Of a stretch of DNA of 64,000 nt, positions 47,403 through 56,736 are shown piece by piece (position 1 is the first letter of the stretch; each line of letters opens with the position of its first letter). Origin of the DNA: an uncultured Rickettsiales bacterium (GTDB lineage Bacteria; Myxococcota_A; UBA796; UBA9615); assembly GCA_964512225.1 (NCBI GenBank), contig CAZEKB010000024.1, forward strand, positions 678-64,677, given 5' to 3'. Both the position numbers and the translations under genes were made by a program. The notes below the pieces were generated by a model that was not told where the DNA came from, did no database searches, and saw only the letters and a list, made by a program, of their open reading frames with translations.

Positions 47403-49910
47403 GTGCGCCCCCCCACGTCCCCCTTCGCGGCTCTCGCCGTGGTGCTCTCGCTCGCCTCGACCGCGTCGGCCGAGCCCGCCGTCGGGCAGATCGAGGTGCC
47501 GCTGGCGCTCTACGAGAGCCTCCAGCCGACCCCCGCCCCCGCGTCCGACCCGATCGCCCCCTTCGTGGAGGCGCGGCACGTCATGCTCACGAGGGCGGAG
47601 GGGACGGCCGTGGACATCGAGGTGGTGTGGGAGCTCGACACGATCGAGCCCGGACTCTTCGAGGGCATCCTCGCGGGCGACCCGATCCACGTCGACGAGG
47701 TGCTGTGGGACGGCGCGCCCGCCTCCGCCGCCTGGGAAGTCGGCGGGCTCCGGGTCTCCGGCCACGTCTCCGGCCCCTCGACCATCGTCCTGCGGGGCTC
47801 CATCCCCCGCGGCGCCCGCGAGGGCGGCTACAGCCTGTTCCTGCTCCCCGCCGCCACGGGCACCGCCCGCTGGGTCGGCGACGGCGTGCCGCGCTTCGAC
47901 GGCGGGGAGGCCCCCGTCGGCCCCGACGGCGCGGCCTGGACCTCCGACCGCACCCTCGGCTTCTCGGTGCGATCCGCCGTCGAACGTGCCCCCCGCGAGG
48001 CGCTCCTGGTCGCGTCCGTCGGCATCGGCCTCAGCCTCGACGACGTCGACCTTCGGGGCCGCGCCCGGATCCGGTGGGCCCTGCGGCGCGGGGAGGTCTC
48101 GGCCTTCGCGCTCGACGCGCGGGGCCTCGGCGACGACCTCGAGCTGACGGGCCCGGGCGTCCGGTCCTGGCGCCGGGCGGGTGCGCGCGTCCACGTCGAG
48201 ATGCAGGCGCCCGTGCGCGGGGCCGCCACCGTGGAGCTGGCCTGGACCGCCCGGCTGCCCCCGGGCGCCGAGGCGGCCGTCGCCATCCCCGAGATCCGGC
48301 CGGTCGACGTCTTCCGCACGTCCAGCGCCCTCCAGATCGCCCGGGACGACGGCGTGGAGGCCGTCCCCGATCTGGACGGCTGGAACCCCGCGCCCGCCGC
48401 CGCCCTGCCGCGGTGGGCCCGCGATCTCGTCGACGGAACCCCCACGGCCGCGTTCGGCACGTCGACCGCGGGCGCCCCCGGGACGCTCCGGCTGCTGCGC
48501 TTCGAGCCCGTCGCGGGGCCCCCCGCGGTCGTCGACATCGCCGATGTCGTGGTGGCCGCCACCCAGGAGGGTCGGATGCTCATCCGGGGCCGCTACGAGG
48601 TCCTGAACGACCGCGCCCCCCACCTGGACGTGCTCCTGCCCGACGGCGGGAGCCCCCTGTCCGCGCGGGTCGACGGCGAGGCGGTCCGTCCCGTCTTGAT
48701 CGACGGCGGCCTCCGCATCCCGCTGCTCCGCTCGGTGGAGACGGTGGAAGGACTCATCACCTTCCCGGTGGAGGTCGCGGTGCTCGTCGACGGCTCGGAC
48801 GACTGGTCCCGCCGCGAGCGCCGAGGTCTCCCGCTCCTCCGCTTGAGCGTCCCGATCGCGGTGCATCGCACCACCCTGCACCTGCCGCCCGGCTGGTCCG
48901 ACGACGAACGGGGCACGCCCGACGGCCGCGTGAACGCCTTCTCCCGGGGGGAGGGCGTGGCCTACGGGCTCGGCGGCGGCGAGGCCGTGACCGGCGAGGA
49001 GCGCGAGAAGGTCGACGAGGCCGACGCGCTGTTCCAGTCCGCCGTCGGCGCCTGGAAGGACAACCGCTTCGACGAGGCCCAGGGCTACCTCGACGACCTG
49101 GGGACGCTCGGCGCGGGCAACGCGAACACGGTGCGGCTGCAGTCGAACCTCGACGCACTCGCGGTCGTGGACCTCCCCCCGACCGGGGGGGAGGACGAGG
49201 ACGACGACGGCGACCTGGGCCTCGACGGCCTGCTGAGCGACGAGACCGGCGCCCTGAACGGCGCGTCCGGGTTCGGCGCGGTCGGCGATGGCGAGGAGGC
49301 CGAGTTCCGCAGCTACTACGAGGCGCCCGCCCGGACGCCGGAGGTCGCCAACGCCCCGAAGCCCGCGTCCCCCAAGAGCGAGGGCCGTGTCCTCCGTCGG
49401 ATCAAGGACCAGGCGATGGCGCGCGCCGAGCGCGACCGCCGGACCCTGGAGGAAGCGACCCGGGAGGCCGAGGAGGCCGAGCGCGCGGGCGACTACGAGA
49501 AGGCGCAGGAGCAGTACGCCGTGGCCCTCGAAGCGGGCAAGAAGGTCGGGCGCCTCGCCCAGACGGAGTCGGTGGACCTCGTGGCCAAGGTCCGGGAGGT
49601 CGACCTCAAGGGCCGCTCGTCCCGCCGCAAGGCCAAGAAGCAGAAGGCCGCCGACCCCGAGCCGCGATTCCGCAACCCCGCCGCCGCCACCGTCGAGGCG
49701 CCCCCGCCGGACGACGATCGCGTCGTCTTCGACTTCGCCGTCGAGCGGGGGCCGCGCCCCTTCCGGCAGCTCCGGGCGACTACCCGCGCCGTCCTCACCC
49801 CGGAGGTCGGCGAGGTCGTCCTCTACCAACACCTCCTCCTGCCCGCCGCCGCGCCCGTGAGCGTGGACGTGCGGGCCGTGCGTTCCCCCCGACCCTGGAG
49901 TTCCAGATGA
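47403..49910 (+). CDS. Large secreted hypothetical protein, possibly DUF4140/DUF4139 (MuiA-like) beta-rich domains; C-terminal coiled-coil/acidic region
   Basis: Signal peptide MRPPTSPFAALAVVLSLASTASA. There is no enzymatic motif. The stop overlaps the next start (ATGA). Confidence 0.6.
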   Translation: MRPPTSPFAALAVVLSLASTASAEPAVGQIEVPLALYESLQPTPAPASDPIAPFVEARHVMLTRAEGTAVDIEVVWELDTIEPGLFEGILAGDPIHVDEVLWDGAPASAAWEVGGLRVSGHVSGPSTIVLRGSIPRGAREGGYSLFLLPAATGTARWVGDGVPRFDGGEAPVGPDGAAWTSDRTLGFSVRSAVERAPREALLVASVGIGLSLDDVDLRGRARIRWALRRGEVSAFALDARGLGDDLELTGPGVRSWRRAGARVHVEMQAPVRGAATVELAWTARLPPGAEAAVAIPEIRPVDVFRTSSALQIARDDGVEAVPDLDGWNPAPAAALPRWARDLVDGTPTAAFGTSTAGAPGTLRLLRFEPVAGPPAVVDIADVVVAATQEGRMLIRGRYEVLNDRAPHLDVLLPDGGSPLSARVDGEAVRPVLIDGGLRIPLLRSVETVEGLITFPVEVAVLVDGSDDWSRRERRGLPLLRLSVPIAVHRTTLHLPPGWSDDERGTPDGRVNAFSRGEGVAYGLGGGEAVTGEEREKVDEADALFQSAVGAWKDNRFDEAQGYLDDLGTLGAGNANTVRLQSNLDALAVVDLPPTGGEDEDDDGDLGLDGLLSDETGALNGASGFGAVGDGEEAEFRSYYEAPARTPEVANAPKPASPKSEGRVLRRIKDQAMARAERDRRTLEEATREAEEAERAGDYEKAQEQYAVALEAGKKVGRLAQTESVDLVAKVREVDLKGRSSRRKAKKQKAADPEPRFRNPAAATVEAPPPDDDRVVFDFAVERGPRPFRQLRATTRAVLTPEVGEVVLYQHLLLPAAAPVSVDVRAVRSPRPWSSR

Positions 49911-51757
49911 CCCGCGCCCTCCGCCTGCCCGTGCTCGTCGCCCTCGCGTCGCTGCTCGCCTCGCCCGCCTCGGCGGCCGACGAGACCGTGGTGATGAACC
50001 TCGAAGAGTTCCTCAAGCTCTACGAGCAGACCCGCAACCCGACCACGCCGGACCCGGTCGCCCCCCACGAGTTCACCGTCACGTCGGCGAGCTACGACGG
50101 CACCGTCCTGCGGGACGACGCGGGGGAGCCCACGTCGGCCGTGTTCGACGCCGTGTTCCACGTGGAAGTCCTCAAGGACGAGGGCTGGGTGAAGATCCCG
50201 CTGCTCCCCAGGGACGTGGCCGTGCAGTCCGCCACGATCGGGGGCCGCGAGGCCTCCGTGATGGCCGTGGACCGTCGCCTCGCGCTCGTCACCGACCGGC
50301 GGGGTTCCTTCGACGTGAAGGTCCGCTTCGCGGCCAAGGTACACACCAAGGAGGGGCGGTCGTCCTTCCAGTTCACGCCCGCGCACGCCGCGGCGGCGTC
50401 GATCAAGCTGTCCGTCCCGTCCCACGACTCCCTCGACTTCAGCGTCGCCCAGGCGAAGCTGCAGAGCGACGAGGTGCGCGGGGACCTGCGGGTCGTCGAG
50501 GCGTCCATCCCGGGCACGGCCCCGGTGTCGGTGTCCTGGCAGCGCGAGATCCCCGAGACCGAGGCCGCCGAGGCGCGCCTCAACGCGATCGTGTACACGC
50601 TCGTCGGCTTCGGCGACGGTCTGCTGACGGCCCGCGCGTCCATCGACTACGCGATCGCGGAGGCGGGCGTGAACCGGTTCGACGTGCGCCTCCCCGAAGG
50701 CACCACGCTGCTCGACGTTCACGGCGCCGCCATCCGGGACTGGGCCGTGGCCGACGGGCTCGCCTCTGTGACCCTGAACTACGCCGCCGAGGGGTCCTAC
50801 CGCCTCGGGCTGACGCTCGAGCAGGTCATCGGGGAAGGCGACGCCGCGGCGGGCGCCCCGCTCGTCCAGCCCGTGGGCGTGACCCGCAGCAAGGGGTGGG
50901 TCGGCGTGGAGGCGCGCGGCACGCTGGAGGTGGCGGCGGGCGAACACTCCGGCGTGACCCCGGTGGATGTGAGGGCGCTGCCCGCGCGGATCCTCGGCAT
51001 CACCGACCAGCCCGTGCTCCTCGGCTTCAAGTACCTCGGCGAGGGCGCGAGCCTGCCCCTGCACATCACCGAGCACGACGACGTCGACGTCCTCGTGACG
51101 CTCCTGGACACGGCCGACGCGCGCACGATGTTCACCGACGACGGCCGTCGCCTGACGTCGGTGGAGTACACCGTCCGCAACAACCGCAAGCAGTTCCTGC
51201 GGCTCAAGCTGCCGGAGGGCGCCGAGCTGTGGAGCGCGTCGGTGGCGGGCAAGGCCGTCCAGCCCGCGGCGGCGGCCGACGGCCGGATCCTGCTCCCCCT
51301 CGTGCGGTCCCAGGCGAGCGGCGGCTCCCTCGCCGCGTTCAGCGTCGGCCTCGTCTACGTCGAGCAGGGCGCCGCCCCGGCCGCGTCGGGCGTGGGCTCC
51401 TTCCGGGCCGAGCTGCCCACCGCGGACGTCCCGATCACGCACGTGGGCTGGACCGTCTACGCGCCCGACCGCGCGAAGATCCGCAAGAAGAGTCGCGACG
51501 GCTCCCTGCGCGCCGTCGACCACCGCAGCAACCCGTTCCGCGGCTCGGCGATCCAGGCGCTCGGCAACGTCGCGCCGAACGAGGCCCAGGCGGTGCAGCG
51601 CGGCGGCGGCGGTCAGCTCGCGGGCGACGCGATGGGCGAGGGCGCGGTCCCCGTGGCGGTGCACGTCCCGCTCGAGGGCACGCCGGTCCACTTCGAGAAG
51701 CTCCTCGCCCTCGGCGAGACGCTCTGGGTGGGCTTCGACTACCGCGGACTCCGATAA
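49907..51757 (+). CDS. Large secreted hypothetical protein (DUF4139-like?), translationally coupled to the previous gene
   Basis: Signal peptide MTRALRLPVLVALASLLASPASA. The segments TSVEYTVRNNRKQFLRLKLPEGAELW and GRILLPLVRSQASGGSLAAFSVGLVYVEQ resemble the DUF4139 core. Confidence 0.6.
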   Translation: MTRALRLPVLVALASLLASPASAADETVVMNLEEFLKLYEQTRNPTTPDPVAPHEFTVTSASYDGTVLRDDAGEPTSAVFDAVFHVEVLKDEGWVKIPLLPRDVAVQSATIGGREASVMAVDRRLALVTDRRGSFDVKVRFAAKVHTKEGRSSFQFTPAHAAAASIKLSVPSHDSLDFSVAQAKLQSDEVRGDLRVVEASIPGTAPVSVSWQREIPETEAAEARLNAIVYTLVGFGDGLLTARASIDYAIAEAGVNRFDVRLPEGTTLLDVHGAAIRDWAVADGLASVTLNYAAEGSYRLGLTLEQVIGEGDAAAGAPLVQPVGVTRSKGWVGVEARGTLEVAAGEHSGVTPVDVRALPARILGITDQPVLLGFKYLGEGASLPLHITEHDDVDVLVTLLDTADARTMFTDDGRRLTSVEYTVRNNRKQFLRLKLPEGAELWSASVAGKAVQPAAAADGRILLPLVRSQASGGSLAAFSVGLVYVEQGAAPAASGVGSFRAELPTADVPITHVGWTVYAPDRAKIRKKSRDGSLRAVDHRSNPFRGSAIQALGNVAPNEAQAVQRGGGGQLAGDAMGEGAVPVAVHVPLEGTPVHFEKLLALGETLWVGFDYRGLR

Positions 51758-51766
51758 GATCGGGGG

Positions 51767-52288
51767 ATGCAGACCGAAGCGGCGATCCTGTGGTTCGACT
51801 CATCCCGCGGCACCGGCGCGATCCAGACCGACGAGGGTCGTCACTTCCGATTCTTCGGCACGCTCCCGTTCCGGCCGCGACCCGGTCGCAAGGTGGCGGT
51901 GACGCTCGATCCGGACGCGTCCGACGTCGCCTCCCAGGTGCGCGTCTCGCCGCTGCCGAACGGGCGGTTCGACGAGGTGGAGATCGAGGAGGTGACGGTG
52001 GAGTACGCGCTCGCCGTCGAGGGCCTCCCCTCCGTCTCGCGGCCCCGGGGGGTCGAGGCGCCGCAGCCGGATCGGTCGACGCCGAGCCCGTCCGGCGGTC
52101 GTCGCCGGGGGCCTCGGAGCAAGTACCCGCCGAAGAAGCCGGGCGAGGCCTTCTCCCGGGGCCGGTCCGTGCGACACCCCGTGCACGGGCAGGGATTCGT
52201 GCAGATGTCGACGTCGAACATCGCCCGCGTGCAGTTCGGGATCCAGGAGCGTCAGGTCCGGGTGGCGGACCTCACGGCGCTGGACTGA
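51767..52288 (+). CDS. DUF3553-like domain protein
   Basis: The C-terminal GRSVRHPVHGQGFVQMSTSNIARVQFGIQERQVRVADLTAL fits the G-x-x-V-x-H-x-x-F-G-x-G-x-V...V-x-F...K-x-L pattern. The gene starts 9 nt after the previous stop. Confidence 0.45.
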   Translation: MQTEAAILWFDSSRGTGAIQTDEGRHFRFFGTLPFRPRPGRKVAVTLDPDASDVASQVRVSPLPNGRFDEVEIEEVTVEYALAVEGLPSVSRPRGVEAPQPDRSTPSPSGGRRRGPRSKYPPKKPGEAFSRGRSVRHPVHGQGFVQMSTSNIARVQFGIQERQVRVADLTALD

Positions 52289-53951
52289 CCGGCTCGGCGG
52301 CGCGCCTCCGGTCGCCCAGGATGAAGGCGACGCACACGCTCACGAACATCACGGCGGCCCCGTAGTTGAAGAACAGATACTGGGCCGTGGGTCCGCCCGG
52401 GGCGTAGAAGAGCGCGCCCAGGAGGAGCAGGAAGAAGGTGGCGAGGGCCCCCGGGGGCGCGCGCTGCCCGGCGACGTAGGTCGGCAGGGCGAACAGCAGC
52501 ACCCAGACCGACGCGTAGTACCGGCTGGACACCGAGATCAGCCACACGGCGAAGAGCATCAGCAGCATCGCCTCGACGTCCGAGCGGCCCCGCAGGGCGG
52601 CGAGCAGGAGCAGCCCCCCGACGACCAGGGCGACTCGCTTCACGCGCTTCCGCGGCGCCTCCTTCTTCTCGTTCTGGAGCTTGCGCGCCCGCCAGAACTT
52701 CCCCTCGCGGGGGGAGTGGCGGACGAGTCGGCCGAGCCCCACGCGGCGGGTCCCGCTCGTGGCGTGGAGGCTGCTGTGCTTGCTGATCTTGGCCTCCCAC
52801 TCCATCCAGGTGTCGGCGCCGCGGCCCGTGAAGTGGCTGCCCACGAAGAGGACCGCGCACGCGGCGATGAAGACGAGCGAGAAGGTGCGACGCACCGGCA
52901 CCGTCGGGCGACGTCGCGCCGTGTTCCAGGCCCAGCGCGCGATCAGGGGGAGCACGAGGACCCCCGGGAAGACCCGGGTCATGCCCGCGTAGGCCATCGC
53001 CAAGGCCGACAGCACCGGCTTCTCGCGGCGGTAGGCGGCGACGCCCAGGAGGGTCGCGCCGAGCCAGTCGTAGTTGAGGAAGCCGCCGATGACGAGGCGC
53101 CCGTTGAGCGGCGACGTGTGGATCCACAGGGCGGCCAGGGCCGCCGCCCGGGGGCCGAACCCCCACCACATGGCCAGGATCGCGAGGAGGTGCACCAAGA
53201 AGTCGGACGTCGTGATGAGGCCGTACGCCGGGCTGCCGAGGGGGATGGCGTTGGCGAGCGCGGTCCCGAAGATCGTCCACGGGGGCGCGGGGTTGAAGCC
53301 GTAGTCGAGCACCCAGCGGCGGGCCCAGTTGTCGTCCCGGGCGCGGGCACGCAGCCACCGGGAGTCTCGGCCGAGCTCGTCGAGCCGCGCCTGGGTCCAC
53401 CCCGACGGGTCGTAGCCCGCCACCTCGTCGTCGCGCGCTCCGATGCGGTACGTCGTCATCGAGCGGGCCTGGTGCGCGTGGGCGAAGTCCGGCTCCGCCC
53501 TCATCTCCTTGCGCTCCTCGCGCGACGCAATCTTCTTGAGCGCCTGCCGCTCGTCGTCCGCGTACAGGACGGCGCGGTAGAGGTCGTGCCAGCCGACCTC
53601 CTCGAAGTACTTCGCCCCCAGGTAGTAGTGGAACTGGTTCCAGGTGCGGACGTGCTCGCCCGCGATCGCGGCGGGCACGTACGGCAGCGTGTTGAGGCTG
53701 AACGCCGCGATCGCGAAGCCCACCAGGAACCGGGTGTACAGCGGGTTCTCGCGCCCGGTCTTCCTCTCCTCGCGGTAGGCCGAGAGCCAGATCAGGACCG
53801 CGACGGCCGCGAGCGGTACCGCCCACCAGCTGCGCCACGAGAGCTCGAGATCGAAGGCATGCCCCACGGCGACGAGCGCGGGGGGCAGGAGGAGGGCGGG
53901 GACGAGGAGCGCGGCCCTCAGCTCCCAGCGTGGGGACTCTTCGTCGGTCAC
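52272..53951 (-). CDS. Hypothetical polytopic membrane protein (about 12 TM)
   Basis: Long hydrophobic helices throughout. The GTG start at 53951 overlaps the upstream HK stop (GTGA). The track ORF begins 9 codons earlier, at 53978. Confidence 0.5.
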   Translation of the reverse strand: MTDEESPRWELRAALLVPALLLPPALVAVGHAFDLELSWRSWWAVPLAAVAVLIWLSAYREERKTGRENPLYTRFLVGFAIAAFSLNTLPYVPAAIAGEHVRTWNQFHYYLGAKYFEEVGWHDLYRAVLYADDERQALKKIASREERKEMRAEPDFAHAHQARSMTTYRIGARDDEVAGYDPSGWTQARLDELGRDSRWLRARARDDNWARRWVLDYGFNPAPPWTIFGTALANAIPLGSPAYGLITTSDFLVHLLAILAMWWGFGPRAAALAALWIHTSPLNGRLVIGGFLNYDWLGATLLGVAAYRREKPVLSALAMAYAGMTRVFPGVLVLPLIARWAWNTARRRPTVPVRRTFSLVFIAACAVLFVGSHFTGRGADTWMEWEAKISKHSSLHATSGTRRVGLGRLVRHSPREGKFWRARKLQNEKKEAPRKRVKRVALVVGGLLLLAALRGRSDVEAMLLMLFAVWLISVSSRYYASVWVLLFALPTYVAGQRAPPGALATFFLLLLGALFYAPGGPTAQYLFFNYGAAVMFVSVCVAFILGDRRRAAEPVSPAP

Positions 53952-55945
53952 GCGTCCGGCGCCTCGCTCGGCAGCCACCGGTCCAGCGTCGCCTGGAGTG
54001 TGCGCATGCGGACGGGCTTGGCGAGGTAGTCGCTCATGCCCGCCTCGAGGCCCCGGCGACGGGCGTCCTCACCGGCGTGCCCCGACAGCCCGATGATGGG
54101 CACGTCGGCGCGCTCCCCGCCGCGCGCGCGCAGCGCCTCCGTGGTCTCGAGACCGTCCATCCGCGGCATGTCGCAGTCCATGAACACGAGATCGTAGGCG
54201 TTCTCATCCGCCAGCTCCAAGGCGGTCCGGCCCCCTTCGGCCACATCCACCGCGTACCCCAGGCGCTCGAGCAGACCCCCGATCACGCGTCGGTTCGTCT
54301 CGTTGTCGTCCACCACCAGCAGGTAACCCCGGTGCTCGGACAGCGTCTTCAGGCTGGGGTCGGTGAGCCGGATCGAGCCGGACATGGCGGGCGCGCCCGC
54401 GAGCGCTCGTCGCAGCCCGCGGGGGCGGATCGGGCCGGGCAGCAGGTTCGGGCGGTAGGGGGCGTTGGGGTCTTCGTGCGCGCCCAGGGGGGCGAGGTGG
54501 AGGACCCGCACCCCACCCAGCGGGGTGCCGTCCGGGATCGACTCGACGGCCTCCCCGCCCAGGCCCCAGGCCTCCAGCTGCTCGGTGGCGAGGCAGGTCT
54601 TCTCCGGCGGCCCGACGACGAGGAAGGGGCCGGGGTCGGTGCGCAGGGGAGCTCGCGCGGACTCCAGCGGCAGCTCGAAGTGGAAGCTGGAGCCCACCCC
54701 GAGCGTGGAGTCGAGGCCGATCGTGCCCCCCATGGCCTCCACGAGGCGACGGCAGATCGCGAGGCCGAGGCCGGTGCCCCCGTGGCTGCGGGCGCGGGAG
54801 GAGTCCACCTGCTCGAAGGCCTCGAAGACGCGGGACACGTCGTCGGCCGACAGGCCGGGGCCGGTGTCTTCCACGGACCACCGCACGAACCCCGAGCGCC
54901 ACCCCACCCGCACGACGACCCGGCCCTCGTCCGTGAACTTCACGGCGTTGCCCACGAGGTTGACGAGCACTTGCCGGATGCGGTTCTCGTCGCCCACGAC
55001 GAGGGCGGGGAGGTCCGCGCCCGCGAGCACGGCGAGGGTCACGCCGCGCTCCTCCGCCGCGGCCGCGAACAGGAGGGCGACGCCGTCGAGCATGGCCTCG
55101 ATGTCGAACGGCTCGGCGACGAGATCGAGGTGGCCCGCTTCGAACCGCGACAGGTCGAGCACGTCGTTGATGAGGCGCAGCAGGGCCTCTCCGCCGGACC
55201 GGATGACCTCCAGGTGATCGAGCTGCTCCGCCCGCAGCGGCGTCCCCCCCAGGAGCTCCGCGGTGCCCAGGATCGCGGTCATCGGGGTGCGGATCTCGTG
55301 GGAGACCGTCGCCAGGAAGTCGGACTTCGCCGCCGACGCGCGCGCCTCGGCTCGGCGCGCGGCCTCCGTCTCCATGAGGGCCTGCTCGAGCTGCTCGCGC
55401 ATCCGCTCGGCGACGCGTCCGCGGGCCCGGACGAGCACCAGCAGCACGAGCATCGCGGTGGCCAGTAGGCAGGCGCCCATGGCGATGCGCTCGATGGCCG
55501 CCCACTGGGCCGACAGCTGGATCGAGACGTCGCGGTTGAGGCCGCGGACGGCGATCACGAGATCGTCGATGGCGACGAAGAGCTCGGTCCTCGCTTCGGT
55601 GCGGAGCCCGGGATCGTTCAGCGACGCCTCGAGCTTCCGCGACGCCGCGCGGAGGGTCCCGGCGCGCACCGCGAGGTCGGGCACCGTGGCCCGGAGCTCG
55701 GCCACGGTCTCGTTGAGGAGGTCGAACGCGAGGGGGAGCTCGGGGCTCGAGGGGTGGTTCGTCTGGAACGTGCGCTGGACCTTCGACAGGTCGGACAGCC
55801 AGCCGATGCGGACCCGCAGATCGTCCTGCAGCCGGTCCGACGTGTCGATGACGCGGATGGTGTACATGGCGAAGAGAATCAGGAGCATCGCCGCAGCGAT
55901 GTACCTCAGGTCGCTGAACCGAGCCGCTCCGCCGCGCTGCGCCAT
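53948..55945 (-). CDS. Hybrid sensor histidine kinase (2 TM periplasmic sensor, HisKA, HATPase_c, C-terminal REC)
   Basis: H-box VSHEIRTPMTAIL, N-box NLVGNAVKFT, DTGPGL and GGTGLGLAI. Receiver LLVVDDNETNRRV...VFMDCDMPRMDG...KPV. The ATG at 55945 is preceded by 37 junk codons in the track ORF. Confidence 0.85.
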   Translation of the reverse strand: MAQRGGAARFSDLRYIAAAMLLILFAMYTIRVIDTSDRLQDDLRVRIGWLSDLSKVQRTFQTNHPSSPELPLAFDLLNETVAELRATVPDLAVRAGTLRAASRKLEASLNDPGLRTEARTELFVAIDDLVIAVRGLNRDVSIQLSAQWAAIERIAMGACLLATAMLVLLVLVRARGRVAERMREQLEQALMETEAARRAEARASAAKSDFLATVSHEIRTPMTAILGTAELLGGTPLRAEQLDHLEVIRSGGEALLRLINDVLDLSRFEAGHLDLVAEPFDIEAMLDGVALLFAAAAEERGVTLAVLAGADLPALVVGDENRIRQVLVNLVGNAVKFTDEGRVVVRVGWRSGFVRWSVEDTGPGLSADDVSRVFEAFEQVDSSRARSHGGTGLGLAICRRLVEAMGGTIGLDSTLGVGSSFHFELPLESARAPLRTDPGPFLVVGPPEKTCLATEQLEAWGLGGEAVESIPDGTPLGGVRVLHLAPLGAHEDPNAPYRPNLLPGPIRPRGLRRALAGAPAMSGSIRLTDPSLKTLSEHRGYLLVVDDNETNRRVIGGLLERLGYAVDVAEGGRTALELADENAYDLVFMDCDMPRMDGLETTEALRARGGERADVPIIGLSGHAGEDARRRGLEAGMSDYLAKPVRMRTLQATLDRWLPSEAPDA

Positions 55946-55986
55946 AAGGCAATACCCTAGCCCCGCGCGCGTAACGGTGGGCAACG

Positions 55987-56736
55987 ATGGAGTCTCACCG
56001 AACGTCTGGTCCCTCTCCTCCCCCTCGACACCTGGCACTCTGCATCGCGTCGGCAATCGCCGCCGCCGTCATCGTCAAGTTCCCGCTGCTCGGTCTCATC
56101 GGCGCCCTGACCCTCGGGCCGCTCGTCTATCAAGCCATTCAAGACGGACCCATCCAGCTCTCCGCCCCGACCGACGACCCGAAGCTGGTCGAGGTCCTCC
56201 GGGGCGAGCTGCTCCGACACCGACCCGCCCGCAAGGCGGCCGAGCCCCCCAGCTCCCGACGCCTGAGGCGGGTGGCCGAGGCCTTCACCAAGACCCGGGC
56301 GGTCGTCCTCGCCACCCACGAGCTCTCCCCCCAGCGCCGCACCGACATCCTGGCCGCCCTGGTGCAGGCCCGGACCGAGGTCGAGCGGACGCTCGAGCAG
56401 CAGCGAGCGGTCGAAGAGGCGCTGCTCGACGGGGTGCCCTACGACCCGACGACCCTGGACGCCCTGACGGATCTGACGAAGCTCGGAGACGCCCGGGCGG
56501 TCTGGTTCGAAGACGAGTGTGCGCGGGTCCGCACCTCCCTCGCGGCGCTGACCCTCGACGCTTGCGAGAGCGAAGCCCTCGACCACCTGGCTCGGGCCGC
56601 GGAGGAGCTCGAAGCCCACCTCCCCGCCCGGACGGAGATACGACGGGCGCTCGCTAGCAGCAGCCCTCGGGACCGCACTCCCCGTCGAACGTCGCGCGGT
56701 ACTCGAGCCCCTTGGACTCCCGAGCGTTCCGCCTAG
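55987..56736 (+). CDS. Hypothetical membrane-anchored protein
   Basis: One TM segment (ALCIASAIAAAVIVKFPLLGLIGALTLGPLV) followed by an E/L/A-rich helical region. The last ~30 codons are R/P/S-rich and overlap the arsM 3' end by 83 nt, so the 3' end or the gene itself is doubtful. Confidence 0.3.
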   Translation: MESHRTSGPSPPPRHLALCIASAIAAAVIVKFPLLGLIGALTLGPLVYQAIQDGPIQLSAPTDDPKLVEVLRGELLRHRPARKAAEPPSSRRLRRVAEAFTKTRAVVLATHELSPQRRTDILAALVQARTEVERTLEQQRAVEEALLDGVPYDPTTLDALTDLTKLGDARAVWFEDECARVRTSLAALTLDACESEALDHLARAAEELEAHLPARTEIRRALASSSPRDRTPRRTSRGTRAPWTPERSA

